Source: an uncultured Mycoplasmatota bacterium (lineage in GTDB: Bacteria; Bacillota_I; Bacilli_A; RF39; UBA660). From it: a stretch of 64,000 bases of DNA. The translations under genes and the position numbers were made by a program. The stretch lies in the NCBI GenBank assembly GCA_948434005.1, contig CAOJEH010000001.1, forward strand, positions 155,880-219,879, read 5' to 3'. How positions within the stretch are numbered: position 1 is the stretch's first letter; each line of letters opens with the position of its first letter. The notes beneath the pieces were generated by a model. That model was not told where the DNA came from, ran no database searches, and saw nothing but the letters and a program-made list of their open reading frames with translations. Below are positions 11,007-20,697 of this stretch, in pieces.

Positions 11007-12002
11007 ATGAAAAAAGTACTTCTTTTTATTGTAATTGGATTAACTATATTATGTACAGGATGTGGTAAATATAGTGAAAGTGATATTGTAAAAGATCTGG
11101 AAAAGAAAGTGAATAAACTATCTGGATATAAATTAGATGGAGACCTAGAAATTGTTAATAATGATGAAGTATATAATTATAAAGTTGAATCATCATATAA
11201 AAAAGATGATTTATATAAAGTTAGTTTAACTAATACTTCTAATAATTATGAACAAGTCATCCTAAAAAACACGGATGGTATATTTGTACTAACGCCTTCT
11301 TTGAATAAAAGTTTTAAATTCCAAAGTGATTGGCCAAATAGTAATTCTCAAATATATTTATTACAATCAATAATAGATGATATTTCAAGAGATAAAGAAA
11401 AGGAATTTAAAGAAACTAAAAAATATTATATATTTACTACAGATGTTGATTATCCTAACAATAAGAAATTAGTAAAACAAAAAATTACTTTTGACAAGAA
11501 ATTAAACTTAAAAAAGGTAGTTGTTTATAACAATGATAATACTCCTATGATGACTTTTAAAGTAACAGATATTGATTATTCTCCAACATTTAAGAAAAAT
11601 AATTTTAAAGTAAATGAAGTTTTAAAAACAGTTAAAACTGAAACAACTAAAGAAACTGCTGCATTAGAAGATACTATATATCCCTTAGCGCTACCTGAAG
11701 GAACAAAACTTGTTAATGAGGAAAAAGTAGATAAAACAAATGGTAATAGAATTATAATGACATTTGATGGAGAAAAGCCTTTCTTATTAGTGGAGGAAAC
11801 TGCTAATATAGAAGAAGAAATGACTATAGTACCAACTTATGGTGAACCATATATGCTAATAGATACAGTAGGAGCTATGACAGAAAACTCACTAACTTGG
11901 ACTAGTGGTGGAATAGAATATTATATTGTTAGTGATGTAATGAATCAAGATGAACTTATAGAAGTCGCAGGTTCTATTGGTACTTTGCCTACAATGAAAT
12001 AA
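11007..12002 (+). CDS. Lipoprotein, function unknown
   Basis: Signal peptide with lipobox LTILCTGC. 331 aa. Confidence 0.5.
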   Translation: MKKVLLFIVIGLTILCTGCGKYSESDIVKDLEKKVNKLSGYKLDGDLEIVNNDEVYNYKVESSYKKDDLYKVSLTNTSNNYEQVILKNTDGIFVLTPSLNKSFKFQSDWPNSNSQIYLLQSIIDDISRDKEKEFKETKKYYIFTTDVDYPNNKKLVKQKITFDKKLNLKKVVVYNNDNTPMMTFKVTDIDYSPTFKKNNFKVNEVLKTVKTETTKETAALEDTIYPLALPEGTKLVNEEKVDKTNGNRIIMTFDGEKPFLLVEETANIEEEMTIVPTYGEPYMLIDTVGAMTENSLTWTSGGIEYYIVSDVMNQDELIEVAGSIGTLPTMK

Positions 12003-12050
12003 ATGTTTAAATAAAAATAATTTTATGATATAATCTAATTGGTGATATTA

Positions 12051-12605
12051 ATGGCAAAAAAGGTAAATACAAAGAATAAAACAAAGAAAAAGGAAAATAA
12101 TAAAAAAGAGTTAAATAGTAAAAGAATAATAGAGACTACAAGTAGTAAAGAAACATCAAGTGCAGTAAAATGTATAGTAATTGTATTAGTAATACTAGTA
12201 CTTGTATACTTATTAACAATATTTATTACAAAAAATTCTACAGACTCTGTAGTAAAGGAGACTACTGAAAATACAACTATTCAATATAATGAAATTTTGG
12301 TAGGTACTAGTTTTAATCAACAAGATAAAGAATATTTAGTATTATTTTATGATGTAGATGCTGATACTGGCAGTACATATTATACTTTAAAAAGTGACTA
12401 TGAAGCGAAAGATAATACACTACCAATCTATTATGTTGATTTAGGAAGTAAATTAAATTCAGATTGTATTAGTAGTGAGAAAAATGAAAATGCAGAAAAT
12501 GCAAGTGAATTAAAAATAAATGATACTACACTTATTAAATTTAAAGATAATAAAATAAGTGATTACATAGTAGGTTATGAAGATATTTCAAATTATTTAA
12601 AATAA
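12051..12605 (+). CDS. Membrane-anchored hypothetical protein (basic N-terminus, one TM, extracellular domain)
   Basis: ATG at 12051 (MAKK...) inside the track ORF that starts at a GTG. Lys-rich N-terminus, then the TM segment CIVIVLVILVLVYLLTIFI. Confidence 0.4.
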   Translation: MAKKVNTKNKTKKKENNKKELNSKRIIETTSSKETSSAVKCIVIVLVILVLVYLLTIFITKNSTDSVVKETTENTTIQYNEILVGTSFNQQDKEYLVLFYDVDADTGSTYYTLKSDYEAKDNTLPIYYVDLGSKLNSDCISSEKNENAENASELKINDTTLIKFKDNKISDYIVGYEDISNYLK

Positions 12606-12625
12606 TCATCTTATGATGATTTTTT

Positions 12626-12702
12626 GCCTCAATAGCTCAGTTGGTTAGAGCACTTGACTGTTAATCAAGGGGTCCTAGGTTCAAGTCCTAGTTGAGGCGC
12701 CA
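12626..12702 (+). tRNA. tRNA-Asn (anticodon GTT)
   Basis: Cloverleaf: acceptor GCCTCAA/TTGAGGC, D-loop AGCTCAGTTGGTTAGAGC, anticodon stem cttga/tcaag with loop ctGTTaa, T-arm GGTTCAAGTCC, 3' CCA encoded. Confidence 0.9.
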
Positions 12703-12720
12703 TATTGATATAAAGCATAA

Positions 12721-12746
12721 TATATGCTTTTTTTTTGAAAACAATT
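12721..12746 (+). terminator. Rho-independent terminator after the tRNA
   Basis: aaagcataatatatgcttt followed by tttttttt. Confidence 0.7.
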
Positions 12747-12796
12747 CTAAAATACAAGCGTTTATGATATTATATTAATGTATAGGTGGTGATAAT

Positions 12797-14038
12797 ATGC
12801 CAAAGAAAACTAATAAGAAAAAAACAAATAGAGTTAAAAAAGTTATTAATAAAATAAAGAAGAATAAATTAAAATTTAACTTACTAGAAGTAATTATTAT
12901 ATCAGTTATATCCATATCATTAGGTTTGATACTAGGTGGTACTATTATATATAGTAAAGAAAAAATAGCAATTACAAATATTCCAAAGGAATTAGATGAG
13001 TTTGTAAAAACTTATAATAGTATAAATGGTAACTATTATAAAAAGGTAAATAAAGATGATTTAGTAGATGCTGCAATAGAAGGTATGATAAATTCCCTAG
13101 ATGATCCATATTCAAATTATCTGAATAAAAATGATACGGAAACATTTAATGAAACAATAGATGGTGAGTATGTGGGAATAGGAGTAACTGTTAGTATAAG
13201 TGAAGATTATGTTGAAGTAATAGAAGTATCAGATAATTCAACTGCTAAATCTGCAGGAATTAAGAAAGGTGATAAGATAAAAGAGATAAATGGAAAGAGT
13301 GCTAAAGGTAAAACACCTACAGAAATATCTAAATTAGTAAAAGGTAAGGTTAATACTAATGTAAAATTAAAGATATTAAGAGGTGATAAAGAATTAGAAT
13401 TTAACTTAAAAAGAAAAGCTGTAGAGATATCTTCTATAGAATCAAAAATTATAGAAAAAAACTCTAAGAAAATAGGTTATATATACATAAATGTTTTTGC
13501 ATCAAATACATATAAACAATTTAAAAAGAATTTAAATAAATTAGAAGAAAAAAAGATAGATTCATTAATTATAGATGTAAGAAGTAATCCAGGAGGACAT
13601 CTAAATCAAGTTACTAAAATATTAGAAATGTTTTTAGATAAGAAAAAAGTATTATATCAAATAAAATCAAAGGGTAGTGTAAAAAAAGTATATTCAACTA
13701 CTAAAGAGATTAGAAAATATAAAGTAGCGGTATTAATAAATAAATCTAGTGCTTCTGCATCAGAAATATTAGCTAGTGCAATAAAAGAATCTTATAAAGG
13801 TTTAATAGTAGGAAAAACCTCTCATGGAAAAGGTACAGTTCAAAAATCATATGAGTTAAATAATGGAACTAGTTTAAAATATACAACAGAAGAGTGGTTA
13901 ACTCCTAAAGGAAACTCAATAAATAAAAAAGGAATAGTACCAGATGAAGAAATAGAACTAAGTAAAGAATACTATGATGATCCAATGGAAGAAAATGATA
14001 ATCAATTACAAAAGGCATTAGATATATTGGCTGAATGA
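12797..14038 (+). CDS. S41-family carboxyl-terminal processing peptidase (PDZ-containing)
   Basis: N-terminal TM, a PDZ-like segment (GIKKGDKIKEINGKS), and the S41 catalytic region with Ser/Lys segments (SASASE, GKTSHGKG). 413 aa. Confidence 0.75.
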   Translation: MPKKTNKKKTNRVKKVINKIKKNKLKFNLLEVIIISVISISLGLILGGTIIYSKEKIAITNIPKELDEFVKTYNSINGNYYKKVNKDDLVDAAIEGMINSLDDPYSNYLNKNDTETFNETIDGEYVGIGVTVSISEDYVEVIEVSDNSTAKSAGIKKGDKIKEINGKSAKGKTPTEISKLVKGKVNTNVKLKILRGDKELEFNLKRKAVEISSIESKIIEKNSKKIGYIYINVFASNTYKQFKKNLNKLEEKKIDSLIIDVRSNPGGHLNQVTKILEMFLDKKKVLYQIKSKGSVKKVYSTTKEIRKYKVAVLINKSSASASEILASAIKESYKGLIVGKTSHGKGTVQKSYELNNGTSLKYTTEEWLTPKGNSINKKGIVPDEEIELSKEYYDDPMEENDNQLQKALDILAE

Positions 14039-14136
14039 TAAAATTGATTTTTGAAAAAGTTGTCTATGGCATTACGAATATGCTAAGAAATTGCCAATGT
14101 ATGAGAACAAATTATATTTTTAACTTATAAAATAAT

Positions 14137-14180
14137 AAAAAAGATAATACGTAGCTTTTAAAATTAAGTATTATCTTTTT
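14137..14180. terminator. Bidirectional intrinsic terminator between ctp and the sortase (convergent)
   Basis: 11-bp stem aaagataatac/gtattatcttt flanked by an A-run on one side and a T-run on the other. Confidence 0.55.
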
Positions 14181-14701
14181 AAATTACTATTTATAATTAA
14201 TTGTTTCTTACTATCAGCCCTACTACAAGTTGTTAAGACAAGTTGATTATTAGAACTTTTATTAATTTCAATATCACCATCTTTATCTTCTAAAAACTTA
14301 TTATCAACAATATAAACATATTTTTTATTCTTATAGTAAAAGTTAATTTCATCACCCTTATTTAGTTTATCTAAATCATTAAAGTATGAAACATTACTAT
14401 TACCAGAATGGGCTGCTAAAAATATAATGCTATTACTTTTATCAGGAAAAATAGAACCATGGAGTAATTCTACATTTTTTTCTACAGTATTATTACTACT
14501 GTCTAATTTATAAATTGGTTTATTAATATTTATTTTATCTATAGATAAAGTAGCTATAGGTAATTCATTTGGTATAGATCCATTTTTAATGATACTAGGT
14601 GTAGAAATACTTGAAGAGATATTTGATGTATCCATAACAAATATACTGATTAATATGATAATACTAGTCAAGAATAGTCTTTTTAACAAAATAGCCACCA
14701 A
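14171..14701 (-). CDS. Sortase (small, class D/LPNTA-type-like)
   Basis: N-terminal TM, an active-site His region (LAAHSG), the TLxTC catalytic Cys motif (LVLTTCS) and a C-terminal conserved Arg. Overlaps the upstream substrate gene by 38 nt. Confidence 0.75.
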   Translation of the reverse strand: MVAILLKRLFLTSIIILISIFVMDTSNISSSISTPSIIKNGSIPNELPIATLSIDKININKPIYKLDSSNNTVEKNVELLHGSIFPDKSNSIIFLAAHSGNSNVSYFNDLDKLNKGDEINFYYKNKKYVYIVDNKFLEDKDGDIEINKSSNNQLVLTTCSRADSKKQLIINSNLKR

Positions 14702-16100
14702 ATATTAATAATAGTATAGTAATAAATATTGTATTATTTTTACTAGTATTAGGGACCTTTATTTTATAATCATATAAATATATGACCTCTTCTTCACTGT
14801 CTTCTATATTAATAGAAAAATCATCAGCATATTTATAACCGGGTGTGGTATTTTTTTGTTTAAATGTGTATCTTCCAAAAGGGAGTATTACTTTAGCATA
14901 TCCATTATTATCTGTAGTAATAGTAGTTACTAATTCATTTCTTTTATTAAAAATGTCAAATCCTATACCTTTTTCATTATCACCATTGGTTCCATCACCA
15001 TAAGTCTTATGTATCATTACTTCTTTTTTTATAACTTCATTTTCAAGTTCTAAAAAGATATCTTTATTTTCATGGGTTATTTCAAATTCATAAATATTTT
15101 CATCTAATAGATAACCAACTCCAGGTGATAATTCTTTTATATAGTATTTACCATAGTTTAAGTTTTCGATATTTGCTTTCATATCATCATCTATTTCAAG
15201 TTTTGAAACTTCATTCATATCACTATCATAAATTTGATATACTGCACCACTTAAAGAAGCATCACCACTAGGTTTAGTAGTTTTAGTATCACTATCTATT
15301 TTAGTAACTTCTACAGTAGTCTTTTCAACATTTACTTTTAATGAAACATTAATATTTTCAACATCACCTAAAGTCATTAAATTTTGACTATTAGAAGAAT
15401 TATAAAACAAAGGTATATTTGTATTTCTTCTCATATTTCTAACTAAATTAATTGTATGTTCTCCTTCTTCTAATCCAGTAATTATAAGTTTATTACCAGA
15501 TATAGAAGCATTTTTACTATTAGTAGTATAATTACTTAATACATTATTAGTATCGGTTAGAGTTATAGTACTACCTTCAACCATATTAAATTCTTTATTT
15601 GCAATACTAGGTTTAGTAAGATAATTATTTATTAATCTATTTATTTCATTAATCTCACCTCTAAAACCATCAATTCTATTGCCATCCAAGCTATCAGTAA
15701 AATATATATCACCAGAATTGTCTGCCTCTTTCCATATCATATACTGACTAATTGCATACCATTTAGCATCATGATGATTTCCATATGTATATCCAAAATA
15801 TGCGATTAAAGATATCCTCTTCATTTGTGCAGCACTTAAATTATCTGCAGTTAAACTCTCTGTATAAGTACCATTGTCGTTAAACATAGTAAATGGCTCA
15901 ATACAATAAGCAAAACCACCATTACCTTGTCTTAAAAATCTTGCTTTTTGATAATATCTAGTACCTCCTTTCGCTTTAGTTACCCATACTCCATCAATAA
16001 ATTCACCCTCATAAAAACCAAAGGATGCAGCATTAACATGAACTAAAGAAAAAATATTAATGCCTAAAATAATCATTAAGAAAACTATAAATTTTTTCAT
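14664..16100 (-). CDS. Sortase-anchored surface protein with thioester-domain (TED)-like N-terminal region
   Basis: Signal peptide. YCIEP ([YF]C[LIV][DE]) and SQYMIW (TQxxIW-like) motifs characteristic of Cys-Gln thioester domains. C-terminal sorting signal VPNTS, then a hydrophobic stretch and a KK tail. Confidence 0.65.
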   Translation of the reverse strand: MKKFIVFLMIILGINIFSLVHVNAASFGFYEGEFIDGVWVTKAKGGTRYYQKARFLRQGNGGFAYCIEPFTMFNDNGTYTESLTADNLSAAQMKRISLIAYFGYTYGNHHDAKWYAISQYMIWKEADNSGDIYFTDSLDGNRIDGFRGEINEINRLINNYLTKPSIANKEFNMVEGSTITLTDTNNVLSNYTTNSKNASISGNKLIITGLEEGEHTINLVRNMRRNTNIPLFYNSSNSQNLMTLGDVENINVSLKVNVEKTTVEVTKIDSDTKTTKPSGDASLSGAVYQIYDSDMNEVSKLEIDDDMKANIENLNYGKYYIKELSPGVGYLLDENIYEFEITHENKDIFLELENEVIKKEVMIHKTYGDGTNGDNEKGIGFDIFNKRNELVTTITTDNNGYAKVILPFGRYTFKQKNTTPGYKYADDFSINIEDSEEEVIYLYDYKIKVPNTSKNNTIFITILLLIFGGYFVKKTILD

Positions 16101-16268
16101 TCTTCTCCTCCTTTTTCTTAACGGTTATGACTATAACAAAGTAGTTTTAATAATTCAAAAGAGGAAAATTTAAAAATAAGGACTATTTAGATATAAAAAA
16201 ATAAAAACTATAATATAATTAAATAAATTAAAATATAAAAGCTAATATAAAAACTAAGTTTGATATAT

Positions 16269-16297
16269 TTGACAAAAAAAACTAATAAATTTATAAT
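16269..16297 (+). promoter_or_regulatory. Consensus sigma-A promoter of fhs (TTGACA-N17-TATAAT)
   Basis: Exact TTGACA at 16269-16274, a 17-nt spacer, exact TATAAT at 16292-16297. RBS gaggtga 4 nt before the fhs ATG. Confidence 0.7.
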
Positions 16298-16317
16298 GAG
16301 TTTACTGAGGTGATATA

Positions 16318-17913
16318 ATGACTGATATAGAAATAGCAAAAAAAGCCAATAAATTAAATATTAAGGATATTGCCAATAAATTAAATATTTCTGATGATAA
16401 CTTAATTATGTATGGTAATGATAAAGCAAAGATTACTCTAGAAAAAGGATCTTTGAATGGGAAACTAATTTTAGTTACTGCAATTAGTCCAACTCCATAT
16501 GGAGAAGGAAAAACTACAGTAAGTATAGGATTAGGGGATGCTTTAAATAGATTAAATAAAAATATATGTATAACATTAAGAGAACCTTCAATGGGACCCG
16601 TATTTGGACTTAAAGGAGGGGCAACTGGTGGAGGATATTCACAAGTTATACCAATGGAAGATATAAATCTTCATTTTACAGGTGATATGCATGCTATTAC
16701 AGAAGCTAATAATCTTATAGCAGCAGCTATTGATAATCATATTTTTAGAGGTAATGATTTAGATATACAAAAGGTAGTATTTAAAAGATGTATTGATGTA
16801 AACGATAGAGCTTTAAGATCTATAAGCCTAGAAAATAGAAAAGATAGTTTCTGTATAACTGCAGCAAGTGAAATTATGGCTATTTTATGTTTAGCAGAAG
16901 ACTTAAAGGACTTAAAAAGACGACTTTCAAATATAGTAATAGGATATAATAGTGAAAATAAATTTATTTATGCTAAAGATTTAAAAATAGATGGTGCCTT
17001 AACTGTTATATTAAAAGATGCCTTTTATCCAAATCTAGTTCAAACATTAGAAAATACTCCTGTTATAATCCATGGAGGACCATTTGCAAATATTGCTCAT
17101 GGATGTAATAGTATAGCGGCTACTAAATTAGCAAAAAGTTTATCTGACTATGTTATAACTGAAGCTGGGTTTGGAGCAGATTTAGGAGCAGAAAAGTTTA
17201 TAGATATAAAATGTAGAAAAGCAAATATTAAACCTGACTGTGTTATCCTAGTCGCAACAGTTAAAGCTTTAAAATATAATGATGTAACAAATAGTAATAA
17301 TTTAGAAAATGGCTTATCTAATTTGGAGGCCCATATTAATAACTTAAAAAAGACTAATTCAAATGTTATAGTATGTTTAAATAAATATATAGATGATACA
17401 GAAGAAGAAATAAATATTATAAAAGAGTTCTGTAATAATAAATCAATTAAATTTGCTATAAGTAGTGCTTATCTAGATGGAGGAGAAGGCGCAATCGATT
17501 TAGCTAATATGGTACTGGATACCCTAAATAATGAAAATAATTTTAGCTATTATTATTCTACTAATGACTCAATAAAAGATAAAATAGAGAAGTTATCAAA
17601 GAATGTTTATAATGCAAAAGATATAGAATATACAAAAGAAGTTCAAGAAAAAATAGATTATTTAGAAAAAAATAATCTATCTAATCTTCCAATTTGTGTT
17701 GCAAAAACTCAATATTCGTTATCTGACGATAAAAATAAATTAGGTTATCCAAAAGATCATACTATTCATATTAAGAATATAGAACTATATAATGGTGCAG
17801 AATTTATTACTGTATTTACTGGAAATATAATAGATATGCCAGGTTTACCAAATCATTCAAACTATGAAGAAATAGGTATTGATAGTAATAATAATATATA
17901 TGGAATAAGTTAA
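16318..17913 (+). CDS. fhs: Formate--tetrahydrofolate ligase
   Basis: 531 aa with the PTPYGEGKTT P-loop-like motif and overall FTHFS similarity. Confidence 0.95.
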   Translation: MTDIEIAKKANKLNIKDIANKLNISDDNLIMYGNDKAKITLEKGSLNGKLILVTAISPTPYGEGKTTVSIGLGDALNRLNKNICITLREPSMGPVFGLKGGATGGGYSQVIPMEDINLHFTGDMHAITEANNLIAAAIDNHIFRGNDLDIQKVVFKRCIDVNDRALRSISLENRKDSFCITAASEIMAILCLAEDLKDLKRRLSNIVIGYNSENKFIYAKDLKIDGALTVILKDAFYPNLVQTLENTPVIIHGGPFANIAHGCNSIAATKLAKSLSDYVITEAGFGADLGAEKFIDIKCRKANIKPDCVILVATVKALKYNDVTNSNNLENGLSNLEAHINNLKKTNSNVIVCLNKYIDDTEEEINIIKEFCNNKSIKFAISSAYLDGGEGAIDLANMVLDTLNNENNFSYYYSTNDSIKDKIEKLSKNVYNAKDIEYTKEVQEKIDYLEKNNLSNLPICVAKTQYSLSDDKNKLGYPKDHTIHIKNIELYNGAEFITVFTGNIIDMPGLPNHSNYEEIGIDSNNNIYGIS

Positions 17914-17943
17914 AAAGAAGATTATCAATTATCTTCTTTTTTA
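17912..17943. terminator. Bidirectional terminator between fhs and yqeK
   Basis: aagaagat/atcttctt stem with loop tatcaatt, followed by a T-run. Confidence 0.6.
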
Positions 17944-18501
17944 ATTGTTTTTTAATAGCTCAATTAATTTCAAACAACTTGGATGAAGTTTTAGTCCTCT
18001 TGATTTTAAATTTATAGTTAAACTTTCAAAATACCTAAGTAAAGCTTTATCTAAATATCCTGAATAAACTAAATCCTTTACTTGTTTTAGAGAATCATCT
18101 AGATTATCTCTAGCAATTTTATCAGCAATGAAAATAACTTTATCAAATCTATTCATGCACACATTTCCAATTGTATGATACTTAATAGCTTTACACATAT
18201 CATCATCAAAAGAAAATAAGTCCTTAGCAACAATAGCACCAATATCAGAATGTAAAATATTTTTATAGGATTTTTCTAAATACTTATGAGATAGCTTGTT
18301 TTTTTCTATCCAAAACATATTTTCTTCTACACTAAATTCTTTAGCAATATCATGAGTAAGCCCTACTAAATAGGCTTTTTCTAAATCTATTTTATATATT
18401 TTAGCTAACTTTTTTGCTTCGTCAGCAACTTTTAAACTATGCAAATAACGAAATTTTGATAGATGCTTCTTTATATAATTTTTAATCTCATCTTTATTCA
18501 T
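17941..18501 (-). CDS. yqeK: HD-domain hydrolase YqeK family (putative Ap4A hydrolase)
   Basis: HD motif (LTHDIAKE) and an N-terminal RYLHSL histidine region. Start reassigned to the internal MNKDEIK Met; the track ORF extends to 18555. Confidence 0.7.
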   Translation of the reverse strand: MNKDEIKNYIKKHLSKFRYLHSLKVADEAKKLAKIYKIDLEKAYLVGLTHDIAKEFSVEENMFWIEKNKLSHKYLEKSYKNILHSDIGAIVAKDLFSFDDDMCKAIKYHTIGNVCMNRFDKVIFIADKIARDNLDDSLKQVKDLVYSGYLDKALLRYFESLTINLKSRGLKLHPSCLKLIELLKNN

Positions 18502-18535
18502 GTAGATTCTCCTTAAGAATATAAAAAAAGGAAAC

Positions 18536-19201
18536 TTAGCTATTTTCCTTTTCAATGTTATCTTGTTCTTTTAATGTTGAGTTTGCTTTAGGTTCATAGA
18601 TGGTAATAGTGTTTGTATAAAACTTACCATTATAGCTTACTGAATATAAATATACTCCTGCAGTTTTAGAATCAACATTGCTAAGATCTAATTTAATTCC
18701 TGCTTTAACTTCATCTGATAATTTCTCTTGAATATATAAAGAAACGTCATTAGGAATTGTTGTATTAATTTCATACGATAATGATTTAAGTGTCATATTT
18801 TCAACATTTGGTAATGGTTTAGCTTTAATAACTACTGTTCCATTATAAATTTTCTTATTATATGTAATTGTATAATTATAATTTCCTACTTCATGGGTAT
18901 TTACATTAGAAGTATCAAGTTTTAATCTTTTAATTACACTATCATCTATATCATTTGGATTTGCTAAATAGTCTTTAACATCAACACTTAATGTATTGTT
19001 AACTTCCATCTCTATATCATTTAATTTAATCTCATTATTTTTAAAATCAGAGATTCTTAACTGATTAACTTTTAATTTTCCAACTTCAGTCTTTTCAAAC
19101 CTAACCATATTAGGCATTATAAGACCACTTGAAATGCATAATGTGCCAAGTACAGCGAATACCCCAACCATAAGATGATTTAATCTATCGTTCATATACA
19201 C
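18536..19201 (-). CDS. Membrane-anchored protein with two tandem ~65-aa repeat domains
   Basis: N-terminal TM. Two repeats of the type LD(T/L)SNV..T..VG.Y.Y(T/S)(I/V)(T/S)YN.K.Y...(V/I). Confidence 0.45.
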   Translation of the reverse strand: MYMNDRLNHLMVGVFAVLGTLCISSGLIMPNMVRFEKTEVGKLKVNQLRISDFKNNEIKLNDIEMEVNNTLSVDVKDYLANPNDIDDSVIKRLKLDTSNVNTHEVGNYNYTITYNKKIYNGTVVIKAKPLPNVENMTLKSLSYEINTTIPNDVSLYIQEKLSDEVKAGIKLDLSNVDSKTAGVYLYSVSYNGKFYTNTITIYEPKANSTLKEQDNIEKENS

Positions 19202-19301
19202 TCCTACTTTCTACAAAAATTATATAATAAAATTCAATAATATTCAAGAAAAATGTTGAAATTTACAGTATTTTGACATATACTTAACTTGAGGTGAGAT
19301 A

Positions 19302-19730
19302 ATGGTCGAAATATGGTTTATACTTGTTTTAATATTGCTATTTATAGAACTGATAACAGTAAACTTAGTAACTATTTGGTTTGTAATAGGTTCTCTAGCC
19401 GCTATGATAACTACACTTATAACAGATAATGTAACAATTCAAGTTATTGTCTTTATAGTAGTAAGTTTGATATCTTTAATTGCTACAAAACCATTTATAA
19501 AAAAGATGAGAACTAGAAAGATAATACCGACCAATTTAGATAGGGTTATTGGTAAAACAGGAATAGTAACAAAAGAAATAACAAAAAATTCTTATGGAGA
19601 AGTAAAGGTTGAAGGAAGTATTTGGACAGCCACTTCAAAAATAAAAATAGAGAAAGATTCTCAAGTAGAAGTTTTAAAAATTGATGGTGTAAAACTTGTA
19701 GTTGAGAAAATAAAGGAGGAAAAAGAATGA
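19302..19730 (+). CDS. NfeD-family membrane protein (short form), partner of an SPFH protein
   Basis: Two N-terminal TM helices plus a C-terminal OB-like beta domain. Overlaps the downstream SPFH gene by 4 nt. Confidence 0.6.
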   Translation: MVEIWFILVLILLFIELITVNLVTIWFVIGSLAAMITTLITDNVTIQVIVFIVVSLISLIATKPFIKKMRTRKIIPTNLDRVIGKTGIVTKEITKNSYGEVKVEGSIWTATSKIKIEKDSQVEVLKIDGVKLVVEKIKEEKE

Positions 19731-20623
19731 TTATTCCAATAATTATAATTATCATTGTTATATCAGCACTAGGTATAAAAATAATACCACAATCAAAAGC
19801 ATATGTAGTTGAGAGATTAGGAGCATATGATAGAACTATGCAAACAGGTCTTCATTATAAAGTACCAATAATTGATAGAGTTGCAAATGTTGTAAGTTTA
19901 AAAGAAACGGTAAAGGATTTTGCTCCGCAACCAGTTATTACCAAAGATAATGTAACTATGCAGATAGATACAGTAGTATATTATCAAATAACTGATCCTA
20001 AGTTATATACATATGGTGTTGATAATCCAATTAGTGCAATTGAGAATCTAACTGCAACAACACTACGTAATATAATTGGTGAACTTGAATTAGATGAAAC
20101 TTTGACATCACGTGATATTATTAATTCTAAAATGAGATCAATATTAGATGAAGCAACTGATCCTTGGGGAATTAAGGTTAATCGTGTAGAAGTTAAAAAC
20201 ATTTTACCACCGAGAGATATTCAAGATGCTATGGAAAAACAGATGAGAGCAGAACGTGAAAGACGTGAGGCTATTTTAAAAGCTGAAGGAGAAAAGAAAT
20301 CTGCAATTTTAATAGCAGAAGGAGAAAAAGAAAGTGCCATCTTAAGAGCAGAAGCTAAAAAACAAAGCCAAATTAAAGAGGCAGAAGGTGAAGCTGAAGC
20401 AATTGTAAAGATTAATCAGGCAACTGCTGAGGGATTAAAGCTTCTTAAAGATGCTAAGATAGATGAAGCAGTACTAAAACTAAAAAGTTATGAAGCATTA
20501 GTTGATGTAGCAAATGGACAATCTACAAAGATAATAGTACCAAGTGATTTACAAAATTTAGCTACTATTGGTACTACTATTGCAGAAACTATAAAAGAAA
20601 CTAAAAAGAAAAGTACAAAATAA
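19727..20623 (+). CDS. SPFH/band-7 (stomatin/prohibitin-like) membrane protein
   Basis: N-terminal TM, SPFH core, and a C-terminal Ala/Glu/Lys-rich coiled coil (AILKAEGEKKSAILIAEGEKESAILRAEA). Confidence 0.85.
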   Translation: MIIPIIIIIIVISALGIKIIPQSKAYVVERLGAYDRTMQTGLHYKVPIIDRVANVVSLKETVKDFAPQPVITKDNVTMQIDTVVYYQITDPKLYTYGVDNPISAIENLTATTLRNIIGELELDETLTSRDIINSKMRSILDEATDPWGIKVNRVEVKNILPPRDIQDAMEKQMRAERERREAILKAEGEKKSAILIAEGEKESAILRAEAKKQSQIKEAEGEAEAIVKINQATAEGLKLLKDAKIDEAVLKLKSYEALVDVANGQSTKIIVPSDLQNLATIGTTIAETIKETKKKSTK

Positions 20624-20646
20624 AGGTTGAAATTCAACCTTTTTGT
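20624..20646 (+). terminator. Rho-independent terminator after the SPFH gene
   Basis: aggttga aat tcaacct followed by ttttg. Confidence 0.65.
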
Positions 20647-20697
20647 TGTAATTTATTATAAGCTAGACTATAATTATTTTTAAGGTGAGGTGAGGTT

